NCBI GenBank assembly: GCA_037379345.1
Contig: CM074521.1
Coordinates: 25,940,704-26,004,703, forward strand
Direction of reading: 5' to 3'
DNA length: 64,000 bases
Source: Perna viridis
Taxonomy: Eukaryota
A program made the translations under genes and the position numbers. The notes under the pieces are model-generated. The model was not told the origin of the DNA. It saw only the letters and a program-made list of their open reading frames with translations, and did no database searches. Within the stretch, counting starts at the first letter, position 1, and every line of letters begins with the position of its first letter. Below, in pieces: positions 11,801 to 24,000 of this stretch.

Positions 11801-14800
11801 GTTGAAAGTAGAGGTGTCCAGGTCTCTGTTGATGGTGTTGATGGTGTAGGTCTAGCAAAGAAAGTGGAAAATATGCATGTTGGACAGGGCAAGGATGAAA
11901 TAGATGCTGTGAGGAGTGCTGAATCTGATTTTTCTAAAACTGTTCACTCAGCAGCTGATTTCCTCATTGCTTATGCTACTCCTGAAGGTATTGATATCAT
12001 TACTAGGCATTATGCACATAGGAAGTAAAAATGCATATTAAATGATAGAAGTGGTACAAAAACCCATTGGAGATATGATGCTATTATGTATACTTATGCT
12101 ATATTTTTACACAACTCTAGTCCTGTCTGTACACAGATATGTATTTTTAAGAAAACCATGCATTCATCTTCTTATAAATTCTATCAAATCAAGAGGCATA
12201 ACTCTTGCAAAGCACCAATTTCATTTACAATATGTATGATGTTATCTCAATAGTGTAACAAACAAATGACAAAATAAGGCTAATTATATGGTCTGTTACT
12301 ACCAGGGCCTGGTTTCAGAAAAGTCTCAAATTGAGATTTCCTTAATTCTTTCCGCAACTCAAATATCAACAAATCAAATAACTTAAAATTACAGACTGGA
12401 GGACAAACTCATAAGTGACCTGCCAAAGGAGAGCAATGGTCACTTAAGACATGTGGTCTTTGTATACAGGTAACTGACAGATACTGTGAAAGTACTGAAG
12501 AAACACAAGTTCATGGATTCTTGAATTTGTGGTTTTGAGGTATTCAGTATACACATCAATGAAAATTTCCTTCTTTTTGGGAAGCAAATTTTGTGGTTTG
12601 GCTCACCCACGTAAAACCACAAAAATTAGTATTAATACAATAGAAAGGTTTTGTAAGTTGACAATGAGATATAACTTTGACAGAATAATAAAAGTGCTTC
12701 TGGGAGTTTATTGTCTTTTATACCCCAAACAAAGAAGTTGCTATGGATATAATGTTTTTGACCAGTCTGTCGGTCCATCATTAGCCTTCAAGACTTTTAT
12801 TCTAATTGCTTGCAGATATTAAGCTGGTTTTTGGTATGTAAGTCTATCATTGTTAGTACAGATTAAGTGTACGTTTTGTTCCACTTAGCTGATTTTTACG
12901 GAAATTACAGGCATTGGAGCTAGCAAATTTAATGAAAATAACAGTTAGACTTTTTTTCTTTGCACTTGGTGATATTGAGCTGAAATTTGGTATGTGAGAC
13001 AACCATGATGAGTAAAAGATCAAGAATAAGTTTCTTTCTGCTCTGCTGATTTTTAATAAAGTTAAGGGGCCTTGGACTTTGCAAATGTTACAAAAATAAC
13101 AGCTTTCTAGATTATTATTTTTTTCAAAACGCTTGCAGTTAATGAGCAGATTTTTTGTAAATAAGTCTACCATGATGAGTTACATATCAGATTAATGTTT
13201 TGTTCTGCTCTGCTGATTTTTATTGAAATGAGTGGCCTTGAATGAAACAAAGTTTATCAAAATTACTGTTTTCCTGACATTTCTTCTAAGTGATTGCAAT
13301 TATTGAGCTGATTTTTGGTATGCAAGTCTATAATTTACCATGATGAGTTGCAGATCAAGTTTAGATGAAATTTTAAAAATTTTCTATGATTAAGGCCATT
13401 GGAATTTTCTTTTTTTTCCCTCAAAACTTCTTATTTGAGATCACAAAATGTGGATGTGTGGGGTATGTGAGCTCAGTCATTAAGGTTCTTTAATGTTGAA
13501 GATAAAAAAAGAGGTGAAGTTTCACCCTTTACTATATTAGCACTTTTCATGGTGTAATAAAGTAGCAGTCTTTCTAAAAATCTGACAGAAGGTGATTCAT
13601 GCATATCAAAAACCCACCGAATTCAGTTTATTTCTTGTTCAAACACAGTAACTGATCATGTAGCTAGTCTTAGCTTTTCATTTGGTTGTTGCGCTTTGGA
13701 GATAAAAATTATATAGATTGTACATGAAATTTGCACTTCGCAGGAGTTATCATTCTTGATTTGGCTTGATTTGATTGCTTTTAGTGGGAGATTAATGTAT
13801 GATTTTCTAAAAAGTGCAAATCTGAATGCAGAAAGGTTGTTGCTTTGTGAAAGTATAGCATATGTAGACTAAAAAAGCATCGTTTGTTTGGTGTGTTTTT
13901 CTTGACCATGAATCACTTTACCATTGGTAGTCACAGTCTTAATTTTATGCGGACTGGTACTTAACATTTTTATTTATCTCCAGGTACTCCTGCTTACAGA
14001 AACATTCATAGTGGTTCATGGTTCCTGAATGCTATAGTGTGGACGTTTAAATACCATGCTCATAGAATGGAGTTACACCACATGCTACTCAAGGTATCGT
14101 AAAAGGAAATTCTTTATATTCCCCACTAATATCTGTGGAAGTTAAATTACTTTGTCCCCATGCCTTGTATGTCCAACTTTTTTTACTGTTGAATTGATTT
14201 TATGCTTAATATAAATGTTTATGACTTTAAATAATTACTGTGCATGAAATAAGACAAGTCTTGTAAAATTACTTCGAAAGGGAGATAATCCAACTTAAAA
14301 GTGAAAGAGTATTCTTGTTATGCCCTCCCTCACTTCCATTATTACTTTAGCCGATTTTTTTTCATTAGATAGTGGTATTGTGCATTCTTCTGTGATATTT
14401 TCAATGAATGGGCTGAGAAACTGGCAAAAAATATGTTTTTGGATTAATTTAACAAATCTGATGGAAACAATCAGAAAAAAGAGGGTTGTCTGAACCATCT
14501 GTGCCCCAAATGCCTGTGCTACAACAGGAAAAAAATGTAGGTTCTATAATGGAATCATACTGTCATCTTTATCATTTCTTTTCCAACAATAAGTTTAGTA
14601 TTAGTATGTAGATCGATAAAATATTGCACCACAATGTGCCATACCACAAAAGGAATGCAGGGATGATTTTGGGTGTTGTATGACTTGAATCATTTAGGAA
14701 TTAGGGCCAATAAGGGGCCAGGAACATACTTTTCCATTTTAATTACTTGGAATGAAAATGATTTTTGGAAGAAAGTTTAGTATTCATTGTAGATTATAAG

Positions 14801-15692
14801 AGAAGAACACAAGAAGATATTTATTGTATTCCTGCTATCAATGCTAAACATATACAGTGACCTCATATTTTTTTTCCAAACTATTTTGTACCTCACTTTT
14901 TAAAAAATGTAAATCAGTCTAGTTTAGGCGAATCACTGAGTTGGGCTCAATCAATTAATAGAAGTTTGTTCCAGTTCATTCAGTATTCATTAGAGTACCA
15001 TTAATGAGAGTTAATGTTGGAATATGGGATGGGATCATTGTGGTCAGGGAGTGTATATTGTAAAATATAAAAAATATATCTCAGTTGCAGGAGGATTGGA
15101 ACCCCATTTTTGAAATATTTTTTTAAACATTTTGGGAAAAAAACTGGACCTCCCCTTTTTCAAGACTAAAACTTGATCCACCTGTGTGTGTGTGTGTGTG
15201 TGCATCTTCCTGTATTTATGTGCATTTTTGTACATACAAAGTACATTTGCAGAATGGTTGCAAAAGAATTAAATTACAAATAATAGTTTTTTCTTGTTCA
15301 AACTTGCATGCATAACTTCTCCTAAAACATTCATTGGATTTGTATGAACTTTATGTGTAATTTGGGAATCATAGTTAGAAATACTTTTGGCAAATGCCGC
15401 AAAGGAGGTAATACAAATAAAAGGTTGTTTGTGGTCACAGTCCAAGTAAAAGCTTACAGTACTTACAGTTGTATTTTTGTTGTAATCAAAAGTGTAAACG
15501 TATCAGACCCCCTAGAACATCTTTTGAAATTTATTTTGATGTTTAAATATTGTTATTTTGTAGGTCAATGATCTTGTTTCAAAAGGAAGGACACTGAAAG
15601 GTCATTTGACTGTTGCTGAGTATAAGAATGCTTTGAGAAAAAAGTTTTATTTCTTTCCTGGTGTACATGGTGATACAGCTACTACCTTATAA
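2693..15692 (+). CDS. CASP2: CARD-domain initiator caspase (caspase-2/9-like), 8 coding exons, 418 aa; join(2693..2827,3430..3610,6471..6583,9427..9594,10391..10613,11790..11987,13984..14093,15564..15692)
   Basis: All introns are GT-AG, phases match (0,1,0,0,1,1,0), and the total of 1257 nt gives one ORF. N-terminal CARD-like MALDPSKALTKNRVDIIKNV...CILDTLKYRGKKAPRALFDAL; p20 motifs YKM..RG.TLIINN, RAGSDVD, IMSHG, KPRLIFVQACRG; p10 motifs DFLIAYATPEG, AYRN..GSWF, LRKKFYFFPG. Symbol means 'caspase-2-like'; orthology not established. Confidence 0.92.
3064..3397 (-). mobile_element. ~330-bp retroelement 3'-end / SINE-like dispersed repeat, copy 1
   Basis: Homologous to 10922-11086, 18133-18461, 26030-26267 and to fragments in the nine array introns. 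Confidence 0.8.
3430..3610 (+). CDS. caspase coding exon 2 (CARD C-half)
   Basis: ttttcag|CAA...TCA A|gtaaat; QEPEKEKKTRCILDTLKYRGKKAPRALFDALIDSDNKEVAEKLAPYL. Confidence 0.88.
4707..6152. repeat. tandem array, 14 x 103 bp, near-identical, in caspase intron 2
   Basis: caggaggtatgggacttgg starts at 4707, 4810, 4913 and so on; the array ends at cagga 6149. Confidence 0.95.
6471..6583 (+). CDS. caspase coding exon 3 (prodomain linker)
   Basis: ttcattcag|AG TGG CCT...AAG|gtattt; phase 1 to 0 bridges exons 2 and 4; WPPEDGEQSRMEKDEVIRINDLKHPDFYFEYLNSGSK. Confidence 0.8.
7810..7900 (+). mobile_element. truncated copy of the TA-flanked MITE nested in the LINE fossil
   Basis: ta|cagtccctgaacagatctgtgcaactatttgatggatcaatgac matches the left end of 30211-30554. 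Confidence 0.75.
8011..8264. repeat. 17-bp minisatellite (atgtcttggcctgtcag) x ~15
   Basis: Direct reading of the tandem units. Confidence 0.95.
9427..9594 (+). CDS. caspase coding exon 4 (p20 start)
   Basis: tttcag|ATT...CAG|gtaaaa; IYKMKNKVRGKTLIINNVKFKKFSERAGSDVDAKNISLLFKELHFEV. Confidence 0.93.
9916..10288. mobile_element. TTAA-flanked MITE family A, copy 1
   Basis: ttaa|gtgtaaggctttgtaagaatcaggca ... tgccagattcttacagagaccaacac|ttaa; imperfect TIRs; homolog at 23244-23619 and partial copy at ~1900-2170. Confidence 0.78.
10391..10613 (+). CDS. caspase coding exon 5 (catalytic His and Cys)
   Basis: ttgtag|GAA...GGA G|gtaata; contains IMSHG and QACRG. Confidence 0.95.
10922..11086 (+). 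mobile_element. retroelement 3'-end repeat, short copy
   Basis: tggagtccgagttgctcatttgcttttgttactttg...cccttgattattcttt is the reverse complement of 3064-3222. Confidence 0.8.
11790..11987 (+). CDS. caspase coding exon 6 (intersubunit linker + p10 start)
   Basis: atttcag|AG AAT...GAA G|gtattg; ...VSVDGVDG...KDEIDAVRS...ADFLIAYATPE. Confidence 0.9.
12716..13494 (+). mobile_element. Helentron/HINE-like satellite-carrying element, copy 2
   Basis: ttttatacccc start, ~160-bp monomers related to 425-1583, end ggggtatgtgagctcagtcattaaggttctttaat. Confidence 0.65.
13562..13960. mobile_element. TTAA-flanked MITE family B, copy 1
   Basis: taaa|gtagcagtc ... gactggtac|ttaa; homologous to 20115-20509 and 27712-28097. 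Confidence 0.78.
13984..14093 (+). CDS. caspase coding exon 7 (p10)
   Basis: ctccag|GT ACT...AAG|gtatcg; GTPAYRNIHSGSWFLNAIVWTFKYHAHRMELHHMLLK. Confidence 0.93.
15183..15202. repeat. (TG)10 microsatellite
   Basis: Direct reading. Confidence 0.9.
15564..15692 (+). CDS. caspase coding exon 8 (terminal)
   Basis: ttttgtag|GTC AAT...TTA TAA; VNDLVSKGRTLKGHLTVAEYKNALRKKFYFFPGVHGDTATTL*. Confidence 0.92.
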   Translation, partial: VNDLVSKGRTLKGHLTVAEYKNALRKKFYFFPGVHGDTATTL

Positions 15693-16432
15693 AGACCTTC
15701 ATTAGTAGCCTTAAATGTTTTCTTTTCACCTCAGCTGATGTATTTACATGTAAATAAGTGAATATTACTTACATGTACTTTTAAATATGATGGATGTATG
15801 AAAGGCAATGGGATTTTATATTTTAATCATTATGTATAATATTAAGGAAGTGAAATGTCCCTTCTTTGTGCTTAAATTTGGGGATTTTTGGCAGAGCAAG
15901 TACTGGTCAATTACAAAACTCTGTCTGTATAAGTACACAATGAAGTCTGCTAAAGCTTGAAATTCTATCATATGCCACAATTTAGTATGCAGCTTCTTTA
16001 TCATTTTACAATTGTATTTGTTATAAATTAGTGTCCTGGTTTACATTTCCATGTTTTTTTTACTTTTATTAAAACAAATCTAGAAGAACTTAAAATACAT
16101 TCTAAAGAGATAGAAACTAAAGATAAATTGATGTATTTTTATGAATTAACCTTTCACTGTTTTTGCAAAAATATTATAACTAATTACAAAAATGTACCTA
16201 AATCTAACTACAGGTCCAACCATAGAGTCAGATTCTTTACCAATTTTTTAGGTTAGAAGGACAATGCAGTAGGATGGATATTCAGATATTTAAGGTCCTC
16301 AAATCCTTCCAAAACCTGAAATCTATATTGAGAAGTAAATCTGATATTATATATAAGCTGCCTTTAGCATATCTTTAGATTCTTATACATGTAATTGGAT
16401 ATTTACTTGTAATTCATTTTGACATTATCATG

Positions 16433-16438
16433 AATAAA
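16433..16438 (+). terminator. candidate poly(A) signal AATAAA of the caspase gene
   Basis: AATAAA ~740 nt after the stop, followed by T-rich sequence; AT-rich context makes chance hits likely. Confidence 0.4.
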
Positions 16439-18040
16439 ACAATTGTCAAAGTATTAACATTTACTTTATATATGCACATTACTCATGATTCCTATGCTGT
16501 ACATGTAACATTATTATCATAACAAAGTGAGTGGTTGATATTTCTGAGGAATAATTCTCAGAAAACGTAATTTTGAATGTGATATTGAAGTTTTGCCAAG
16601 TTTGATCTTAGTGATTAAATTTTTGCTACTATACTCTTTTTAGCTGTCATTTTTTTCAATTGAAACTTCTTCCATATCATACAGAAGAGGATTCATTTGA
16701 CACAGTTGACAATTGTATAAGACAAAGGTATTAGCCTGTAACTCCTTTTGCACTACTTGAACAATGGACCCTAGGAAATATGCTACTAGCACAGCTAATG
16801 GAGCCCAGTGTTTAAACCTTGTACCTTGAATCACCACTACACATATACATGTGCAAGAGTGTTATTGATGTATCATTGTGACGTAAAAGTCAAAATATAT
16901 TATAGTCACCAACTAATAACCATTTTCCTTGCATCTTTGATGGATATTCTGTACATGAAGCAACAGATAAGACAAAACACAATAATTACTTTAGCAGTAT
17001 AAAATGCTCAGACCAGTATACTAGCTAAAACTGACAGATCGGCTGAATGTTGCCGAATGCATTTATGCTCCAGAATCCTGGTATAAGTGAAAGCTTTGTA
17101 ATCTAGAGCAGGTGTTAGAAAGCCTCGCATATAGCTGAGAGTAAACCAAAACAGTGGTCAAGTACCCTTTCCATTGTTTTTGACCCTTGACCTTTCAATT
17201 ATTGCTCTCATCATCAACATGTGTCTACTTTGTCACTCAGGTTTCCATCATGAAAGAGTCAATAGAATCAGACCAGACCTATTACAAGTTTGGACCACTC
17301 TCCCACTTCTTGAGAAAATTAGATGCACTGATAAAAGAACTATTTGTATAGAGTATGGTTTACCATGTTATATTGTCATTTTTCTTTCCTGTATTTTCTG
17401 TTGCATATGTTTATGTTTTTTTTATTGTTATATACAATTAACTTGTCATGTCCCAAATAATACTCAATGTCACATATGGGATATTATATTCTAAATGAGA
17501 TATATAATATTCATGGGCAAAAGCTTACAATCAATATAATTTTAAAACTAGTGTGGATGAGCTAATTTTAGGTGACTTTTTGTCTGTTCTTTATATCAAT
17601 TTTCCTCAATAAAAAATTATTTTCATTTGAATTGATATCCTTTTTGAAGTGAAAATGTGAAAAGTTTCTAATACAAATGTAATTGCATATAAAACCTTAA
17701 GAACTAAAAAAAAGGTGTTTCTTGCACTTAAAAATATGTCCTCAAAATTGGATCTTATACCTTATATGTGAGAGTGACCAAAACCAGTATTACAGACAGG
17801 AAGCTGTATTTTATAACCCATTGTTTTGCTAAATGTAGGGACAATGCTTTTAAGTTAGATGGAATCATCAGACTTTGATTCAAAATGGTATATTTTTGCT
17901 GATTTTATTCTACACACCAAAAGTATATCAAGAAATTTTAATAACAGATAAAAGAAAATAATACAAACAACCTCATGTTAACAAAACATTAAAAGTAACA
18001 GAAAGAATTTTAGATTATGTCCTCAGATTGTTAACTAATG

Positions 18041-18093
18041 CTATCGTTTTCCTTCCATTAAATCTGATCCTGTCTGTTGTACCTCTTCTTGAA
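18041..18093 (-). CDS. probable terminal coding exon, VQEEVQQTGSDLMEGKR*
   Basis: Strong polypyrimidine acceptor ttttttttctttttcag; the phase-1 join with the CTCK exon gives a 17-aa tail ending TAG. Confidence 0.65.
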
Positions 18094-21000
18094 CTGAAAA
18101 AGAAAAAAAATTCTTGTTCATAAATAGTATAACGAGTAATCAAGAGAATCAAGGTTCTAGCGGTAATCAAAAGAATATAATTCTGGGACAAAACCCAGAC
18201 ATGGAAAATAGACATACACAACAAAGAACATAAAGTAACTAAAATCATGCATAAAAGAAACAAAAGCAAACAAGCAACTCGGACTCCACTAAAAACTGGG
18301 AGCATGGACCAGGTGCACCAGTAGGGTAAGCGTACTCTGCTTTTCTAGAAACACCCGCCGAGTTGTTCATAAAAAGTCAAGCCCGGGGTAGACGAAGGAG
18401 GAAAGGAAAACTATGAAACGTTGAACAAATAAATTTTCATTGCACGGATGGATACACCGTAAATGCAATGGCACTCTTTGTGAATTGGCCAGGGAAAGCT
18501 GATTGATATTTATTGTCTGGGCTGTTGTCTCAAGGATTTTTCTCTAAATATCATTAGTCAAGGTACAAACAAATTTATCAATCAAGCCCTTTTTGGAAAA
18601 GTAAAAAAAGAAAACATCAAAAACTGAACTATATACACATGGTAGATGAAACTCTACAGTAAACTAAAGATCTGTTTATAGGAGGGTGGAAAGAAATTAT
18701 GAACAATCATTCTCCTTCCAGTAATTTTGATGTAGTACTTAATGACAAGAATAGGTTTACACATTTTATAAAGAAACAGTCACAAAACTGACTGAAATGT
18801 ACATAATAATTGAAAAAAAAACAAAGGAAATTTAGTGAGGAAACGGTTTTATAGTTTTAATACAGTGTGCTCCCTGGGCCATTTAAGGTAATGTTAAGTT
18901 ATTATAACTAATTATTTTATAGATAGTGTTTCAAATGTGATGCTATAATCCAAAGGGAAAGATGCTATCCAAATTTTCTATTTTACCAGGATGCTGTTTG
19001 AATTTTCTAAGGAGAACACTATTGAAAATTTTTTTTTAATTTAGGACAAGTTTTCAGTTTTAAAGGTACCTACCTCATTTCAAATGATTTCCAATACTCT
19101 GTCATAAAATTTTGGCTTAATCCATCCCCCAATAAAAAAAAAACCAACAAGAGTGTGAGGTCTATGTAGTATAATATCACTTCATACCTGTATTAGCACA
19201 GCTGTTACATTCACATTTGTTAAATCTTGGAATCATGGCTGTTAAAACACTGTCAATTCCTTCACATTTGACATTGACAGTATCAAATGCAGCAATTGTT
19301 CCTGTGCAGCATTTACAGTTTTTATTGGAGGATTCATCATAATTGCTTCCAGATGGCATTAGCATTGGCATGTTCATACTATCACCACATCCTCCTGCAC
19401 AATATGTGTATGTGACATTACCAACAGTTTCACAACCATCTCTTGTCAGTTTTCCTGTGGCTGTGTACATCTTGCATGTGTCTGAAAAAGAGGCCCATCA
19501 TTGTTATATATAATCAAAGATCACCTTTGTTACAGTGAAAAGCCAAGAAATAATGAAGACATATACATCAAACATCATGCAGAAAACATCAGGAAAACAC
19601 TTCAAGTGGGCACAGATTCAGGCAAGAGCACACCCACCCCAATATTGGGAGAAAAAAAATTATTTGCATGAAATATTGATTTTCTTCACAAATTCTACTT
19701 AAAAAATTTGCTTTCCTCCCGTCACCAGGCATTTTATTCTATTAGCGCCACCTCTAACCTGAAATTCTGGATCTGCCCTTGTGAAGCATGGCCCTGATGT
19801 ACAGGAACATTTTTATACTGGGGAGGGGAGCCTGGGATTATTTTGAAAAAAAAAATTAAAATCTTTCCAAATTTTTTTTAAAGCCATAGAGAGAAAAAAA
19901 AAGATTTAATATTTCTCCCATTACGTAACAATATAGATTTTCCAAAAAATATTACAACTTTGGCTGCTGCTAAAAAAATTACCTGTAATTACTGTCACAC
20001 TTGAGTCAAAGAAAAATTTCTAACTCAACACCCCCACCCCCCCAAGAAGAAAATAGTATGCGCCTTAACTTTTCTTCTGTTCTCGAATACCAGCAAATCC
20101 TCATGTATATTTAAGTAACAGTCTTTTATATAAATCAGACTGAACATGATTCATGCATGTCAAAAACACACCAATTTTACTTCTATTTCCTATTCAGAAT
20201 ATCAGCTACAGACCACATAAACAGTCTTGGTCTTTTATTTGGGTGTTGCACTTTTGAAGTAAAATGTATATAGATTGTACATGAAATTAGGACTTTTCAA
20301 GAGTTATCTTTCTTGATTGAGTTTGATTTGGTTGATTTTAGTGGGAGATGAATGTATCATTTTCTCAAAAGTGCAGATCTGAATACAAAAAAAACTAATT
20401 TTACCTAAACATATAGCATCTGAAGAAAGAAATAACATTGTTCTGGTTTTTTTTACACTATGAATCACCTGTTCCATAGGCAGAGTTCGAAATACATATG
20501 GATTGGTAATTAATATTAAGGCCTAATCTTCAAGATAGCATTTTTACAGTTTAAAATATAAAAAAAAAAAAAACCACATATATCAGTTGCACATCCAAAA
20601 ATTAATTGTATTTATGTAAATGAAAAGTTGAAACCAAAGATTCTTAGAGCTAATGATCATTGAAAGACCTGCCATTTAAAATAACTTGCAATTGACAATT
20701 TTACCTGCATCTTCCATAAAGTTCAATGAACAAATCAGTGCTTACCTGTTATAGGTTGACATCTATGACAGCATTCACCATCTTTAACTAACTCTTCTCC
20801 CTATAAAATAGTCAAATAACTGCTGTTAAACAAACAGGTTGCAATAGTATGACCAACGGTCTCTTTATTAGAAATTGAATCTGGTCAACATATATTGCCA
20901 CATAATGACATTCCAAATTTTGAAAACAGCAAGTTGTTTCTTTCAGTCCAGAAAAAGGGCATTTTCTTTTTGAACAGAAAATGAAACCATGATCAAACTT

Positions 21001-24000
21001 GATTAATACTGTATGGTAAAGTTAGAAAATATATAATTCAGTAGTACTTAAAATATCTAGAAACCAAAAGAGTGTTTGATAGATGGATCACTATACATCA
21101 TTGACTCTTGTCAAGCAGGGGTACATAATAGAGATGCAGTGTCAGCCACTTCCTCTTAAAGTAGAACTCTGAAATATGAATGTCTTCAAATTGTTTTGTC
21201 GCAATGGACATATGTAATGTTTAAACTGTAAATGCAGGTCCAGATCTAGAGCAGAAAATCTCACATATCAAAGACATTATCAAGTAAGTCATTATCTGTG
21301 CTCTATTCATCCTACAAAGTCTACAATCATATCATCCAAACTCATTTACAACGAGTAGAAAGTTACTCACAAATGGACATTCTGTAATTTCTGTAGCACA
21401 TTTGCTGTAACACTTGATGGTGTAATCCACACATTCACATATTTCACATTTGTTTTCTGGATTAGGCCATGTTTGCCCATTCTGTGAAAAAAGAGAATTT
21501 TCAATACATTTATAACACAGAAATACTGTTAAAAAATTCCAAATGAAAGGGGCATAACTCTTTGATTCAAACATAGCTGGATTTCTTATTCAGATATAAT
21601 TATACACCCTATGAATTATAGCTACTTAGAAAGTCAAAACTGTTGAAAAAATACTGAAAGGTGCTGGGCATATTCAATGGTGGAAAAAGGGAGGAAGGGG
21701 GTCCTGGGATTCAAACCCCCACTTTAGTGAGAAAATTTTAATTTCCCGCTAAATGTGAGCAATAATAGCTTGGAACCCCACTTTTCACAACATATGTGCC
21801 CACCCCAGATATTTGGCTTCACTTTACCTCAAATACTCCAATAGATGTGTTGCAGACACATTGTTCCTCTTTGACACATGTGTTGTTGTGATTGAGAACA
21901 TATCCATCCTCACAGATACAGCCTTGCTCTTCCTTGGTACACAGATCAGTCATTGGTAAGTGACGGTTAGCACATGTCTTTTGACAATAGGAGTAGTTGG
22001 TCCATTTCTCGTGGTCTTTGTCACAAACTGTAAAGTAATGTAATTTATAAAATCCATTTCGATACTGTAAATTCCAAAATGCAGTACCTTCATATAAAAA
22101 AAAATGTGACCAATTTAAAATACTAAGGAATTTTTATAAGGAACTACTATGGGATTTTCACAAAATTGCAGAAATATATTAAAATCACATTTTTACAAGA
22201 AAGAAAAAATCACAACAATTATTGCAGGTCTGAATTTGGTAAAAGAAGTCAAGGTACAAAGACAAAGGTAGATCCGGTTTTATGAAAAGAGAGAAAATTG
22301 AAAGTCCATAAAAATATTATAATTACAGTTGATGAGAAAAATTCAACTTATTGTATATACCTATTGTTGACACATTATGCATGAGCTATATCACTTTTTC
22401 TTAAAGATTCTGTAAAAAAGTTATACTTTTTAACAATTTTATCAGATTTAATTGAAAATAGTGGATGTTAGGTTAACTACTTACTACAGTCCTGTATGTA
22501 ACATCCAGAGACCTCTCTAATAGTGTTATTACATTTCTCATTGGGCTCTGACAGATCCTTAGTTCTCTCCTTAATTCCTAATCCACATGTAGCTGTACAA
22601 TCAGACCAGTCTGTCCAGTTATCATACAAACATTCACCTACAAACAAAATACAGAAAATATCCACATCATAAGGTCATTATACACACTGCTTCATATCAA
22701 AACTCCTTCCGATACGCGAAGATAATAATTACAAGCAGGCATTTGAAAATTAGATTTTATGGAATTCCTTGTCATAAACGCAAACAAACACTAGGCCACT
22801 CGACAATATTTTTACATACTTTTTCTTCAGAATGGAAAATTTAAATCAAAATATTAGTTCTTTTTATTTTGTCTTTAATTTTCTAATCTAGTACAAAGAA
22901 TATGAATCAAACAAAAAAAAAGGAGGCCATTCAAAGTTAATTAAGAGGTTCTCATGATTTTAGCTTTTTAGTTTTGTGTCTGACAAGAAGAATGGGTATC
23001 AACAAAAACCTATCAATAAGGCCATTCAATTATAATTAATTGGTTCTTGTTATTCACTTTATTATATAGATAATCAATGAAATTAAGAGGGATGGTATTC
23101 TATTAATTCACCTCCCTAAAACTGATGTGGCTGCATTAACATTATTCATACCCGAAAAATATTGATGGTGGTGCTTTTAGTTATTATTTTATTGACATAG
23201 CATAAGCAATGGCTAAAAATGAGGTGCCTTTAAAAGGGTTTAAGTAAAAGTGTTTGTAAGAATCTGGCAAAATGGGAAAAATCAGAAACATGCATGTCAA
23301 AAACCCACCGATCTGACAATAAAATATCACTCAAGGATGCTTCCTTTATTTGAAAAGACCATTATTTGATATCTGCATCACTGGCTTTGCTAAGAAATTT
23401 TTCAACAGAATGTTAGAAAAATGAGGTTTTTGACAGAGTTATCTTCCCTTGAAATGTTCATTTTCAGTGCATTTCAATGAAATTGACCCAGCATGATATG
23501 GAAAATCTTGTCTGTTTTCCTTGATTCTGATGGTGAAAATAGTCAAATCAAACTATCAAAATTGTGGGATATTTCATACCATGTTTCACCCACTGCCTGA
23601 TTCTTACAGATACTGACACTTAAGAACTACAAAGTTGGTCTTCTACAAATATACTTACATTCCCCTTCATTACAGGTCTTGGTTTCAACTTTATCTAATT
23701 CAGGACAGGCAAGGGCGTCAGTAGATTTAGTATATTCTCTCAAACGGACTTGAGTTCCAGTTCCACATGTCTGTGTACAATCTCCCCAATTTGACCATGG
23801 TGATACTTCACAACCTGTAGTTATTAGTTTTAAAATACTCAGTTTCAACTGATATGCCCAAGCAATTGTTTTGTTCATCCCTCCCCTTATTTGAATTTTA
23901 CTTTTGTATTTGAATGCTGTTTAGTATGAGTCATTCTCTGTATGCAGGGCTTATTTTAGATTGCTGTTTAGGGTAAATTAAATCTATTTGTAGGCTAGAT

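Noticed and set aside
16640-17494. Short ORFs between the two genes as a third gene
   Set aside because: No recognisable motifs or consistent exon chain; more likely UTR or intergenic sequence.
18015-18093. Alternative last-exon frame SSRRGTTDRIRFNGRKTIALVNNLRT*
   Set aside because: Needs a phase-2 junction, but the CTCK donor at 19188 is phase 1.
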